DNA from: Kofleriaceae bacterium
GTDB lineage: Bacteria; Myxococcota_A; Polyangia; Haliangiales; Haliangiaceae
Direction: 5' to 3'
DNA: 64,000 bases
NCBI GenBank assembly: GCA_048500355.1
Contig: JASNYD010000004.1
Location: 64,001-128,000 of the forward strand
Shown here: positions 23,384 through 35,799 of the stretch, one piece after another
Layout: each line of letters starts with the position of its first letter
How positions within the stretch are numbered: the first letter of the stretch is position 1
Translations under genes and position numbers: made by a program
The notes under the pieces: generated by a model
Told to the model about the DNA's origin: nothing
The model's input: only the letters and a program-made list of their open reading frames with translations
The model's database searches: none

Positions 23384-24274
23384 TCACTCGCCCGCGAGCT
23401 GACCGCGCAGGGCCTTCATCTGCGCGCGGTCGGCGTCGCTGACCTCGGGCCAGCGCAGGGGGAGCTGCTCGAGCGTCTGGACCACGACCTCGGCGACGGC
23501 GCGGCGCATGAACGGCTTGTTGTCGGCGGGGATCGCGTACCAGGGCGCCCACGGTCGCGAGGTGGCGTTGAGCGCGTCCTGGTAGGCGAGCATGTACTCG
23601 TCCCACCGCGCGCGCTGGGTCAGGTCGTCGGGGTTGAACTTCCAGTTCGACTCCGGCTCGTCGATGCGCTCGATCAGGCGGTCGCGCTGCTCGTCCTTGC
23701 CGACGTGGAGCCAGAACTTGAGGATGATCATCCCGTTGCGCGCCAGGTGCCGCTCGATGTCCCGGATCGAGTCGTATCGCTCCTGCCACAGCGCGCCCAG
23801 GTCCCCGGTGCCGCGAGGCAGGCGCTGGCCCTTCAGGTAGCCGGGGTTGACCCGCACCACCAGCACCTCCTCGTAGTGGCTGCGGTTCCAGATGCCGATC
23901 CGGCCGCGCTCGGGCAGGCGGCGCATGCAGCGCCACAGGAAGTCGTGATCGAGCTCCTCGTGGCTCGGCGCCTTGTAGGCGAAGACCTGGCAGCCCGCCG
24001 GGTTGACCCCGCTCATCACCGCGCGGATCGTCCCGTCCTTGCCCGCCGCGTCCATGGCCTGGAACACCAGCAGGAGGCCGTACCGGTCGTCGGCGTAGAG
24101 CTTCTGCTGCAGCTTGGCGAGCCGCCCGATCTGATCGTCGAGCGCCTTCTGGTTGTCCTTCTTGCCCGGCGCGTCCTCGGGCGGCCGGGTCGGCGCGCGA
24201 TCGACGCGGAAGCTGCCGTCGAACGGGACGAGGTACGGGCTCGGGGCGGGCGCGAAGCCGGCGTCGGTCACCAT
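23384..24274 (-). CDS. ppk2: Polyphosphate kinase 2 family (polyphosphate:nucleotide phosphotransferase)
   Basis: Walker A-like FQAMDAAGKDG. Lid and PPK2 motifs (WNRSHYEE, ILKFWLHVGKDEQRDRL, FNPDDLTQRARWDEY). Confidence 0.85.
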   Translation of the reverse strand: MVTDAGFAPAPSPYLVPFDGSFRVDRAPTRPPEDAPGKKDNQKALDDQIGRLAKLQQKLYADDRYGLLLVFQAMDAAGKDGTIRAVMSGVNPAGCQVFAYKAPSHEELDHDFLWRCMRRLPERGRIGIWNRSHYEEVLVVRVNPGYLKGQRLPRGTGDLGALWQERYDSIRDIERHLARNGMIILKFWLHVGKDEQRDRLIERIDEPESNWKFNPDDLTQRARWDEYMLAYQDALNATSRPWAPWYAIPADNKPFMRRAVAEVVVQTLEQLPLRWPEVSDADRAQMKALRGQLAGE

Positions 24275-24436
24275 CGCGAGACGATACGCCGATCGCCCCG
24301 CCGCCGCCCCCGACGAGGGCTCCGGATTGACGGCGCGCCGGCGTCCCGACGCACCCTCTGTGACATTTCGTTCGCAGCGCACCGAATCCTCGATGACGAG
24401 ACGAGATCGTCGGGGCGCGCTTGCTATGGTGCCTAC

Positions 24437-25543
<1,107 letters not shown>

Positions 25544-25571
25544 GCCGCGCGGACCTGCTAGGTTCCGCGCC

Positions 25572-26773
25572 ATGGCCAAGGTCCTCATCATCGGCGCCGG
25601 CGGAGTCGGCGGCGTGGTCGCCCACAAGTGCGCGCAGGCGCGCGACGTCTTCGACGACGTGCTGCTGGTCAGCCGCACCCTGTCGCGGTGCGAGAAGCTG
25701 CAGCGCGAGATCGCGGAGGTCCAGGGCCGCGAGATCCGCATCGGCCAGGTCGACGCCGACGACGTCGCCGCCACCACCCGCCTGCTCGAGCGGGAGCGCC
25801 CGGCGGTGGTCATCAACGTCGCCCTGCCGTACCAGGATCTCCCGATCATGGACGCCTGCCTCGCCGCCGGCGTCGACTATCTCGACACCGCCAACTACGA
25901 GCCGCCCGACGTCGCGAAGTTCGAGTACAAGTGGCAGTGGGCGTACCGCGAGCGCTTCCGCGAGCGCGGGATCATGGCGGTGCTGGGCTCGGGCTTCGAC
26001 CCCGGCGTCACCAACGTCTACTGCGCGCACGCCCAGAAGCACCTGTTCGACTCGATCCGCCACGTCGACATCCTCGACTGCAACGGCGGCTCGCACGGCA
26101 AGGCCTTCGCCACCAACTTCAACCCCGAGATCAACATCCGCGAGATCACCGCGCGCGGCCGCTACTGGGAGCGGGGCGAGTGGAAGGAGACCGATCCGCT
26201 ATCGGTGTCGGCGGTCTTCGACTACCCGGGCGTCGGCGAGCGCAAGAGCTTCCTGCTCTACCACGAGGAGCTGGAGTCGCTGGCGCTCAACCTGCGCGGC
26301 CTCGAGCGCATCCGCTTCTGGATGACCTTCGGCGAGGCCTACCTCAAGCACCTCGAGGTCCTGGGCAACGTCGGCATGACCCGGATCGATCCGGTCCTGT
26401 ACGAGGGCCACCCGGTGGTGCCGATCAAGTTCCTGAAGGAGCTGCTCCCCGATCCCTCGTCGCTGGCCGCCGGCTACACCGGCAAGACCTCGATCGGCTG
26501 CCTGATCGAGGGCGTCAAGGACGGCAAGCCGCGCAAGGTCTTCATCTACAACATCTGCGACCACGCCGCCTGCTACCAGGAGGTGCGGGCGCAGGCGGTG
26601 TCGTACACCACCGGCGTCCCGGCGGTGACCGGCGCGGTGATGATGGTGACCGGCCAGTGGCCGAAGCAGCCCGGGGTGTGGAACATGGAGGAGCTCGATC
26701 CCGATCCGTTCCTCGCCGACGTCGCCCGCCGCGGGCTGCCGTGGGTGGTCGAGGAGCGCGCGGTGGCGGGCTC

Positions 26774-26777
<4 letters not shown>
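25572..26777 (+). CDS. Carboxynorspermidine/carboxyspermidine dehydrogenase (saccharopine dehydrogenase family)
   Basis: MAKVLIIGAGGVGGVVAHK Rossmann motif. Family-typical regions GSGFDPGVTNVY and NGGSHGKAF. Followed by nspC. Confidence 0.8.
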
Positions 26778-27970
<1,193 letters not shown>

Positions 27971-28039
27971 GACGTGACCGGGGCCGCGCCGTCGGTCTTC
28001 CTCGCACTTTCCGAGCAATTCCCCGGGCCTGGCGAGGCC

Positions 28040-28075
28040 GTGTCAGCGCGTTGTTATTGACTCCCCGTCAACTTC
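28040..28075 (+). promoter_or_regulatory. Promoter-like region with TTGACT and an inverted repeat TTGACtccccGTCAA upstream of the lipoprotein gene
   Basis: gcgttgttattgactccccgtcaacttccttgcc, ~40 bp upstream of ATG 28106. Confidence 0.3.
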
Positions 28076-28105
28076 CTTGCCAGGCTCCGGCCCGGGAGGA
28101 GCCAC

Positions 28106-29056
28106 ATGTTCGATAGCCTGCACCACAAGTTGTTCCTGGCGAGCCTCGTGCTCGCCGCCGCGTGTAACGGGGGTGGCGGCGGCGGGAGCGACGACGACGG
28201 CACCGATGTCGACGCCGGCAACCAGCCTCCGGCGGAGGGCTTCCGCATCCAGACCCCGCCCATCACGATCAACGCCGGGCAAGAGGTCACCTACTGCTAC
28301 TACACGACGCTCGACCTGCCGCGCGCCATGGGCGTGAAGCGCTGGTCGTCGACGATGACCCCGGGCAGCCACCACCTGATCCTGTTCTTCGCCGATCACG
28401 GCAAGGCCGACGGCACGATCGATCAGGACTGCGGCATCGGCGGCAGCGGCCTCAACCTGCCGGTGTGGACCTACTCGGCGCAGACCCCGACCGCCGAGTT
28501 CTCGATGCCGGCCGGCGTCGGCATGCAGGTCAACCAGGGCCAGCAGGCCTTCGTGCAGATGCATTACTTCAACGTCAGCGACGGCCCGATCGAGGCCAGC
28601 GTGACGATCGACGCCGACGCCTACGCCGCCGCCGAGACCTTCACCCCGGCCGCCGCCTACGTCACCTACAACACCAACATCAACATCCAGCCCAACTCCA
28701 CCGGCATGGCCCAGGGCACCTGCAGCGTGCCGGCCGGCACCAAGTTCTTCACGATGTCGACCCACGCCCACCGCTTCTCGACGCTCACCCGCGTCACCGA
28801 CGGCGGTCAGATGGTGTTCGAGGCCACCGACTGGGAGCACCCGGGGGCGCGCAGCTGGATGGCGGCGCCGTTCTACGAGTTCGGCTCCGGCCAGCTCACG
28901 TACCGCTGCGAGTACAACAACACCACCGGCAACGTCGTGCGCGAAGGCGACAGCGCCGAGACCGACGAGATGTGCATGGCGGTCGGCTACTACTTCATGG
29001 ACGGCGCCACCACCGCCCGCTCGCGCTTCTGCATCAACGACTTCCTGGTGCCCTGA
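28106..29056 (+). CDS. Secreted lipoprotein, candidate copper type II (PHM/DBH-like) monooxygenase fold
   Basis: MFDSLHHKLFLASLVLAAAC lipobox. His/Met pattern reminiscent of Cu monooxygenases: SHHLILF, VQMHYF, STHAHRF, ETDEMCMAVGYYF. Locally lower GC than neighbours. Confidence 0.45.
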   Translation: MFDSLHHKLFLASLVLAAACNGGGGGGSDDDGTDVDAGNQPPAEGFRIQTPPITINAGQEVTYCYYTTLDLPRAMGVKRWSSTMTPGSHHLILFFADHGKADGTIDQDCGIGGSGLNLPVWTYSAQTPTAEFSMPAGVGMQVNQGQQAFVQMHYFNVSDGPIEASVTIDADAYAAAETFTPAAAYVTYNTNINIQPNSTGMAQGTCSVPAGTKFFTMSTHAHRFSTLTRVTDGGQMVFEATDWEHPGARSWMAAPFYEFGSGQLTYRCEYNNTTGNVVREGDSAETDEMCMAVGYYFMDGATTARSRFCINDFLVP

Positions 29057-29075
29057 TCGCGGTAGGCTCGCGCCG

Positions 29076-29759
29076 GTGACCTTCCGGCGCGCCCACGACC
29101 GGCTGTGGCGATGGCTGGCGGGTCGCGACGGCGCGGCCCGCCCCGGCTTGCCGTTCGACGAGGCCCTGGCGCCGGTGCCGGTGCTGGCCCTGATCGCGCT
29201 GGTCGTCAACGACCGCGTGCTCAAGGCCGAGGTCCCGAGCTGGTTCACGGGCAAGCTGTCGGACGTCACCGGGCTGGCGGTGGCGCCGCTGGTGCTGACC
29301 GCCGCCGCCGACACGCTGGCCTACGCCGCCGCGCGTCTGGGCGCGCCGCTCGACTGGACCCTGCGGCGCTGGAAGCTGGCGGTGGCCATCGCGCTCACCG
29401 GCGGCGTGTTCGCGCTGGTCAAGCTGTGGGCCCCGGCGGCCGACGCCCTCGCCGGGCTCCTGGCCGGCGTCTTCGGCCAGGCGCGGATCGTCGCCGATCC
29501 GACGGACCTGCTCACCCTGCCCGCGCTCGCGGTCGCGTGGTGGCACGGCCGGCGCACCCTGGCCCAGGTCCCCCACGGCCGCGTGGCGTGGGCCCACCGG
29601 CGCGGACGGCGACCGGCGTTCGACGACGTCGCCGCCGCCGGCGGCGATCCGGCGCGGGTGGCGGCGCTCGAGGACGCGGTCGCCGCCTGGCAGGACGGGC
29701 CGCCGCCGCCCGCGGTCGATCGCGCGCTGGCGGCGCTCCGCGGCCTCGATCGGCCCTGA
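29076..29759 (+). CDS. Hypothetical membrane protein
   Basis: Several predicted TM segments (VPVLALIALVVN; VTGLAVAPLVLTAAA; AVAIALTGGVFALV; LLTLPALAVAWW). No recognised motif. Confidence 0.4.
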   Translation: MTFRRAHDRLWRWLAGRDGAARPGLPFDEALAPVPVLALIALVVNDRVLKAEVPSWFTGKLSDVTGLAVAPLVLTAAADTLAYAAARLGAPLDWTLRRWKLAVAIALTGGVFALVKLWAPAADALAGLLAGVFGQARIVADPTDLLTLPALAVAWWHGRRTLAQVPHGRVAWAHRRGRRPAFDDVAAAGGDPARVAALEDAVAAWQDGPPPPAVDRALAALRGLDRP

Positions 29760-29815
29760 GCGTTCGTGGCACCGGCGCTCGGCGCGCGCGCCCCGGCGGA
29801 GCGTAGACTCGAGGC

Positions 29816-31462
29816 ATGGGCCTCGACGACCCGGCGGGCGACGCGCGCGATCGCGTGCCGGCGCCCCTGCGCGACCTCCTCGCGGCCGAGGACCTCGACC
29901 CGCGCTTCCCGGCCGAGGTCGTGGCCGAGGCCGCCGCCCTGGTCGCGGCCCCGGGCCTCGACGATCCGGCCCTGGTCGACGAGGAGGACGTCCCCTACGT
30001 CACGGTCGACGGCGCCGGCACCCGCGACCTCGACCAGGCGCTCCACCTCGAGCGCGACGGCGACGGCTACCGCGTCCGCTACGCGATCGCCGACGCCGCC
30101 CACTACGTGCGCCCGGGCACCGCGCTGTTCGCCGAGGCGCTGCGCCGCGGCACCAGCTACTACCTGCCCGGCCTGTCGGTGCCGATGCTGCCGCGCTCGC
30201 TGTCCGAGGGCGCGGTGTCGCTCGCGCCCGGGGTGCCGCGACGCGCCGTGATCTTCGACCTGCGGCTCGCCGGCGACGGCGCGTGCCGCGCCGCCACGCT
30301 CCACCGCGCCCGCATCCGCAGCCGGGCCCAGCTCAGCTTCGACGAGGTCCAGGCCTTCCTCGACGCGCCGGCGACCTCGGCCCTGGCCGCCGCCGCCTTC
30401 GCACCGAGCCTCGCGCTCCTGCCGGTCATCGGCGAGCTGCGCCAGCAGGACGCCGCCGCCCGCCAGGTCGTGCGCTACCACCGCGAGGAGGTCCACGTCG
30501 GCATGGCGGGCGAGGCGTTCACGATCCTGGCTCGTGTCCGCCACCCGGTCGAGCGCCACAACGAGCAGCTCTCGCTCCTGTGCAACGCCGAGGGCGGACG
30601 GCTCCTGTGCGCGGCGGTGGGCGACGACACCTCGCGCGCCGCCCACGGCATCTACCGCGTCCACCCGGCGCCCCGGCCCGCGCGCCTGGCCGAGCTCGAG
30701 CGCCAGGTCGCGGAGCTCGTCGCGCTCCACCGCCTCGACGCCGCGCGCTGGGGCTGGCACCCCGACGCCTCGCTGGCCGAGTGGGTCGACGGCCTGCGCG
30801 GCCTCGACGGCGGCGACGACCGCCTGGGCCGCATCGTCCGCGCCGTCGAGCGCCAGGCGGTGATGGTCAACGTGCGCTCGGTGTTCAGCGCCGAGCCCGG
30901 CGAGCACTTCGGCGTCGGGGCCGAGCCCTACGCCCGGTTCTCGGCGCCGATGCGCGAGATCGTCGGCGTCTTCGTCCACAAGGAGGCGGTCGAGCTCCTC
31001 GGCCTGGCGCCCGCCGGCGCGGCCGCCGCCGACGCCGCGCTGCGCGATCGGGTCCTGGCCGCCGCCAACGCCGCGCGCGAGCGGCAGCGGCGCCTCACCG
31101 ACCTCACCAACCGCCGCGTGCTCGATCAGCTCTTCGCCCCCGACCTCGAGCTCCCCCGCGACCGCCGCCCCGCCCGCGCCGGCACGATCATGGGCGTCAC
31201 CGCGTCGAAGATCCACGTCACCCTCGACGAGCCGCCGATCGACGTCAAGCTCTACGTCGGCGACGCCGGGCGGGCGGTGGGCGGCGCCTGGCTGACGCTG
31301 TCGGCCGGCAAGGCCGCGCTGTGTGACGAGGACGGAGCGGCGCGCTTCGTCGTCGGCGATCCGGTGGCGCTGCGCGTCGCCGGCCGCGATCCGCGCCGCG
31401 ACCGCTGGGTGCTGGAGCCGGTCGGCAAGGTCAGGAAGCGGCGACCGGCGCCAGCATCGTGA
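29816..31462 (+). CDS. RNB-domain (RNase II/R-like) protein with non-canonical catalytic motifs
   Basis: VPYVTVDGAGTRDLDQALHLE...YRVRYAIADAAHYV matches the RNB motif I region, but reads DLDQA instead of DxDDA. Later EHFGVGAEPYARFSAPMREIVGV corresponds to HFGL...YTHFTSPIRRY with PMRE for PIRR. No obvious CSD/S1 domains. Confidence 0.7.
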   Translation: MGLDDPAGDARDRVPAPLRDLLAAEDLDPRFPAEVVAEAAALVAAPGLDDPALVDEEDVPYVTVDGAGTRDLDQALHLERDGDGYRVRYAIADAAHYVRPGTALFAEALRRGTSYYLPGLSVPMLPRSLSEGAVSLAPGVPRRAVIFDLRLAGDGACRAATLHRARIRSRAQLSFDEVQAFLDAPATSALAAAAFAPSLALLPVIGELRQQDAAARQVVRYHREEVHVGMAGEAFTILARVRHPVERHNEQLSLLCNAEGGRLLCAAVGDDTSRAAHGIYRVHPAPRPARLAELERQVAELVALHRLDAARWGWHPDASLAEWVDGLRGLDGGDDRLGRIVRAVERQAVMVNVRSVFSAEPGEHFGVGAEPYARFSAPMREIVGVFVHKEAVELLGLAPAGAAAADAALRDRVLAAANAARERQRRLTDLTNRRVLDQLFAPDLELPRDRRPARAGTIMGVTASKIHVTLDEPPIDVKLYVGDAGRAVGGAWLTLSAGKAALCDEDGAARFVVGDPVALRVAGRDPRRDRWVLEPVGKVRKRRPAPAS

Positions 31463-34400
31463 CCACGCGCGCCGGATCGCGCACGCCCTCGGCCGCCAGC
31501 GCCGCCGCCGCCGCCGCGCGCAGGGCGGCGCCCTCGTCGCCGCCCAGCAGCTCGCCCAGCCGCCAGCGCGCGGCGAGCTCGACCAGCGCCATGCGGGTGG
31601 CGGCGAAGCCGTCGACCGCGGCCCGGTAGTGGGCCCGGGCGCCGTCGAGGTCGCCGGCCAAGACCGCCAGCTCGGCGGCGACCAGCGCCGCCGCCCCCGG
31701 GTTGCCGCCGTCGGCGACGAGCTCGCGGCCGAGCGCGGCGGCGCGCCGGCGGTGCCGCGCCGCGTCCGCGCCGCCCGCGGCGGCGGCGCCGAGCACGGCG
31801 GCGGCCTCGACGTAGGCGCTGAACATCCGCACCGCGCGCACCCGGAAGATCAGGCCGCGGCGCAGCGCCCCGCGCTCGTCGGCGATCGCCGCCGCCGCCG
31901 CCGCGCAGTCGCCGCGGTAGATCGCCACCAGCGCGCGGGCCTGCAGGTGCTGCCAGTGCTGCAGCGTCACCCCTCGCCGCGACAGCCCGGCGGCGGCCCA
32001 CGTCAGCTCGGCGGCCGCGGCGTCCGGTCGATCGTCCACGAGCTGGACCACCGGGGTCAGCACGGTCCGGAGCTGGAGCGCGGCGTAGAGATCGTCGCGG
32101 CGGGTCGCCTCCTCGAGCGCGCGGGCCAGGCGACCGCGCAGCGCGACGAGCTGCCCGGTGTGCCACAGGCAGGTCAGCGACATGCGCTGGGCCGTGCCCA
32201 CCTCCCAGGCCGCGCCCACGCACTGGTCGCGCCAGATCCGCTCGGCGGCGTCGCAGCGGACCAGCGCCTCGTCCCACTGCCCGCACAGGAACGCGACCGT
32301 GCCGCGCGCCAGCTCGAGGTAACCGTGGACGGCCGGCTCGTCGACGCGCGCCGCCCACGTCGCGGCCTCGGCCAGGAGCGCGTGGGCGCGGCGGGCCGGC
32401 GGCCCGCCGATCGCGGCGCCGCCGGCGTCGAAGGTGAGGCCGAGCACGATGCGGCGCAGATCGCCGGTGTCGAGGGCGAGCCTCAGGTGGCGCGCCTGGA
32501 GCTCGGCGCCGCGGATCGGCGACACCATCCACGAGCCGACCGCGGCCGACCAGCAGCAGGCCATGCGTACGGCCTCGGTGGCGGTGGGCGCGCGCGTGGC
32601 CGGCGGGCGGCGACGTCGCCACCACAGGCGGGCGCGCTGCACCGCGAGCGCCGCCAGCGGCCAGCGGCGCGCGCCGAGCGCCGGCAGCCCGGCGGCGGCC
32701 AGGACCGCGTCCATCAGCTCGAGACCCTCGTCGACCCGGCCCGCGCGCAGGAGCTGCTCGGCGGCGCGGCGCCGCAGGTCCAGGGCCTCGTCGGCGACGC
32801 CGACGAGGTCGGCGGCCGCCGCGAAGGCCGCGCCGGCCTCGGCGCCGCGACCGGCCGCGGCGCACGCCGTCCCCAGCGCGGCGTGGAGCGCGGCGCGGCG
32901 CGCGGGCTCGCCCGGGCCGGTGGCCTCGGCCAGGGCCAGGGCCCGGCGGTAGAGGTCGGCGGCCCGCTCGAAGGCCAGGCGCTCGGTGGCCTGGCGGGCG
33001 GCGGCCTCGACGTACGCGATCGCGCGCGCGCCCTCGCCCGCCCCCTCGAGGTGGTCGGCGACGAGCTCGGGGCGGATCGACGCCAGCGGGTCGCGCTCGA
33101 GGGCGGCCGCCAGCGCGCGGTGCGCGTCGGCCCGCGCCGCGGCGCCCATCGCCCCGAGCACGGCGGCCCGCACGCGATCGTGGTAGGGCTCGACCGGATC
33201 GTCGGGGCGCGCGCCGTGGCTGCGCACGAGGTGGGCCGAGCGCAGCGCGCCCAGCGCCGCCCACCACGCCGCGCCGTCGAGCCCGGCGGCGGTCGCATGC
33301 AGCGCCTGCGGCAGCGGCGCCCCGGCCAGCGCCACCAGCCGGAGCAGGCGCGACGGCGCCGCCCCGACCGCGGTCAGGCGCGCGGCGATGGCGTCCTCGA
33401 GCCGCGGCGCCCCGCCGCCGGCGCCGCGCCAGCGCGCGGCGGCCAGCTCGGCGAGGTGCAGCGGGTGGCCGCCGGCCTCGTCGACGATCGCCGCGGCGTC
33501 GCCGCCGCCGGCGCCCTCGAGCAGCGCCCGGCCGAGCGCGGCGGCGTCGTCGCGGGCGAGCGGCCCGACGGCGAGCGTCTCGGCGGTCGCCGCCCACGCC
33601 GGATCGACCGCCGCGCCGTCGGGGGCGGTGGCGACCACCAGGAGGCCGCGCCGCGCCCGGGTGGCGACGTGGGCGAGGAGGGCCAGGCCGTCGCGATCGG
33701 CCCAGTGCACGTCGTCGATCGCGAGCACCAGGGGCGTCCGCGCCGCCAGGCGGTCGATGAGGTCGGCGAAGGCGTCGAACACCCGCGCCCGCCGCTCCAC
33801 CGGATCGCGCACCGGCGGGGCCTCGCGCGCCGCGCGCTCGAGCTCGCCGTGCCCGGCCAGCGCCGGCAGCGCCGCCGGCAGCAGCCCGACGTCAGGGCCG
33901 GCGAGGGCGGCCACGCGCGCGTCGCGGTCCTGGTCGAGGTGACGGGCCAGCCCCGCCGCCACGCCGTGCATGCCCTTGAACGGCACCGCGACCCGCTCGT
34001 AGCAGCGGTCGCGCAGGACCAGGGCGCCGGCGGCCTCGACCTCGTCGGCGAACGCCGCCACCAGCGCGCTCTTGCCGATGCCCGACGGGCCGCGCACCAG
34101 CACCGTCCGCGGCGCGGCGCGCGCCGCGGCCAGGCGCTCGACCAGCGCCGCGCGCTCGGCGACCCGACCGACGAAGCGCGGCATCGGCGGCGTCGGCGCC
34201 GTGACCGCGCCGATCACCTCCGCCACCCGGGCGCCGTCGGGGCGGCGGTCCGGATCGACCGCGAGCAGGGCGCGGGCCAGGTCGACGAGGTCGCGATCGA
34301 CCGCGGCCGGCAGGTCGGCCGGGACCGGCGGCGGGCCCCGCCGCTTGGCCGCGACGATCTCGGCCACCGGGCCGACGAACGGCAGCCGGCCGACCAGGGT

Positions 34401-35123
34401 CTCCCACAGCAGCGCGCCGAACGCGTACCAGTCGGCGGCGGGCCCGACGGCCACACCCGTCGCCTGCTCCGGCGCCATGTAGCCCAGCGTGCCGGCGCCG
34501 GCGCCGGCGCCGGCGCCGCGACCGCCCGCGTCCTGAGCCAGCCCGAAGTCGAGGAGCACGACGCGATCGCGATCGACCAGGACGTTGGACGGCTTGACGT
34601 CGCGGTGGACCTTGCCGGCGGCGTGCAGGAAGGCCAGGCCGGTGGCGAGCTGGGCGGCCGCGGCCCGCGCCCGCGCCGGATCGAGGGCGCCGCCCGGCCG
34701 GGCGTAGCCGGTGAAGTCGGGCCCGTCGACGAGCTCCATCGTGAAGAACCAGCGCCCGCCGTCCTCGGTGAGCTCGCCGAGCGCGACCAGGTTGGGGTGG
34801 GAGAGATCGTGGAGGGTGACGAACTCGCCGCGCAGGCGCTCGAGCGCGTCGAGGGTGGCGGCGGCCAGGGTCTTGAGGGCGACCTCGCCGCCGCGCAGGT
34901 GATCGCGGGCGGCGTAGACCACGCCCATGCCGCCCTGGCCGAGGGTGCGCACCAGCTCGAAGCGACCGCCGCCGAGGCGGGTCCCGGGCGCCAGCGGCGG
35001 GGCCGCCACCAGCGGCGCGGCGTCGGTGACGCGCGCCGCCTCGCGCAAGAAGGAGTCGTAGCCGTCGCCGGTGTCGGCGAGCGCGCTGGCGCCGGTCTCG
35101 TCGTCGGACCCGGGACGGGTCAT
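31431..35123 (-). CDS. Ser/Thr protein kinase fused to AAA/STAND NTPase and TPR-like repeats
   Basis: Start MTRPGSDDE. Kinase motifs GQGGMGVVYAARD, VALKTL, HRDVKPSNVLV, DFG, TLGYMAPE. P-loop VLVRGPSGIGKSAL. Long helical C-terminal region. Confidence 0.9.
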   Translation of the reverse strand: MTRPGSDDETGASALADTGDGYDSFLREAARVTDAAPLVAAPPLAPGTRLGGGRFELVRTLGQGGMGVVYAARDHLRGGEVALKTLAAATLDALERLRGEFVTLHDLSHPNLVALGELTEDGGRWFFTMELVDGPDFTGYARPGGALDPARARAAAAQLATGLAFLHAAGKVHRDVKPSNVLVDRDRVVLLDFGLAQDAGGRGAGAGAGAGTLGYMAPEQATGVAVGPAADWYAFGALLWETLVGRLPFVGPVAEIVAAKRRGPPPVPADLPAAVDRDLVDLARALLAVDPDRRPDGARVAEVIGAVTAPTPPMPRFVGRVAERAALVERLAAARAAPRTVLVRGPSGIGKSALVAAFADEVEAAGALVLRDRCYERVAVPFKGMHGVAAGLARHLDQDRDARVAALAGPDVGLLPAALPALAGHGELERAAREAPPVRDPVERRARVFDAFADLIDRLAARTPLVLAIDDVHWADRDGLALLAHVATRARRGLLVVATAPDGAAVDPAWAATAETLAVGPLARDDAAALGRALLEGAGGGDAAAIVDEAGGHPLHLAELAAARWRGAGGGAPRLEDAIAARLTAVGAAPSRLLRLVALAGAPLPQALHATAAGLDGAAWWAALGALRSAHLVRSHGARPDDPVEPYHDRVRAAVLGAMGAAARADAHRALAAALERDPLASIRPELVADHLEGAGEGARAIAYVEAAARQATERLAFERAADLYRRALALAEATGPGEPARRAALHAALGTACAAAGRGAEAGAAFAAAADLVGVADEALDLRRRAAEQLLRAGRVDEGLELMDAVLAAAGLPALGARRWPLAALAVQRARLWWRRRRPPATRAPTATEAVRMACCWSAAVGSWMVSPIRGAELQARHLRLALDTGDLRRIVLGLTFDAGGAAIGGPPARRAHALLAEAATWAARVDEPAVHGYLELARGTVAFLCGQWDEALVRCDAAERIWRDQCVGAAWEVGTAQRMSLTCLWHTGQLVALRGRLARALEEATRRDDLYAALQLRTVLTPVVQLVDDRPDAAAAELTWAAAGLSRRGVTLQHWQHLQARALVAIYRGDCAAAAAAIADERGALRRGLIFRVRAVRMFSAYVEAAAVLGAAAAGGADAARHRRRAAALGRELVADGGNPGAAALVAAELAVLAGDLDGARAHYRAAVDGFAATRMALVELAARWRLGELLGGDEGAALRAAAAAALAAEGVRDPARVVTMLAPVAAS

Positions 35124-35180
35124 CGCACCCGATTGTACGCGCCCTGGCACCGGCGGCGCCGATCGTGGTCAGATCCGGCC

Positions 35181-35777
35181 ATGGACGACGAGGCCGAGCT
35201 CCGCGCCGCCTGCGAGGCCAGGAGCTTCGACCAGGCGACCACGCTCGCCCTCGAGCGCTACGGCCCGGAGATCCTCGGCCTGCTCGCCGCCCGCCTGCGC
35301 TCCGACGGCGACGCCGCCGAGGTCTTCTCGATCTTCGCCGAGGACCTGTGGCGCGGCCTGCCCGGCTTCGCCTGGCGCTGCTCGCTGCGGGCGTGGGCCC
35401 ACCGCGTCGCCCGCAACGCCGCCAACCGCTACGCCGTGGCCGGCGCCCGCCGCGCCGCGCGCAACCAGCCGCTGGGCGGCGAGCTGGTCGAGGCCGTCGC
35501 CGACCGCGTCAAGTCGACCACGCTGGTCTACCTGAAGAGCGAGGTGAAGTCCGAGATCCGGCGCCTGCGCGACGAGCTGTCGCCGGAGGACCAGCTCATC
35601 CTGGTGCTGCGCGTCGACAAGGGCCTGGAGTGGCGCGACGTCGCCATGGCGCTGGCCGACGAGGATCTGGACGAGGCCGCCCTGGTCCGCGAGGCCGCCC
35701 GCGTCCGCAAGCGCCTGCAGCTCGCCACCGCCCGTCTGCGCGAGCTGGCCGCCGAGCGCGGGCTGCTGGCGCGGTGA
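35181..35777 (+). CDS. ECF-type RNA polymerase sigma factor (sigma-70 family), divergent from kinase gene
   Basis: Region 2 (IFAEDLWRGLPGFAWRCSLRAWAHRVARNAA). Region 4 (LILVLRVDKGLEWRDVAMAL...VRKRLQLATARLRE). Only the last 198 aa of the long antisense ORF 31323..35777 are real. Confidence 0.8.
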   Translation: MDDEAELRAACEARSFDQATTLALERYGPEILGLLAARLRSDGDAAEVFSIFAEDLWRGLPGFAWRCSLRAWAHRVARNAANRYAVAGARRAARNQPLGGELVEAVADRVKSTTLVYLKSEVKSEIRRLRDELSPEDQLILVLRVDKGLEWRDVAMALADEDLDEAALVREAARVRKRLQLATARLRELAAERGLLAR

Positions 35778-35799
35778 GCCGGGATCGCCTCGGCGCGCG

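Noticed and set aside
31323-35180. First ~1285 aa of plus-strand ORF 31323..35777
   Set aside because: Antisense to the kinase-STAND gene. Only the terminal ECF sigma factor (35181-35777) has domain support.
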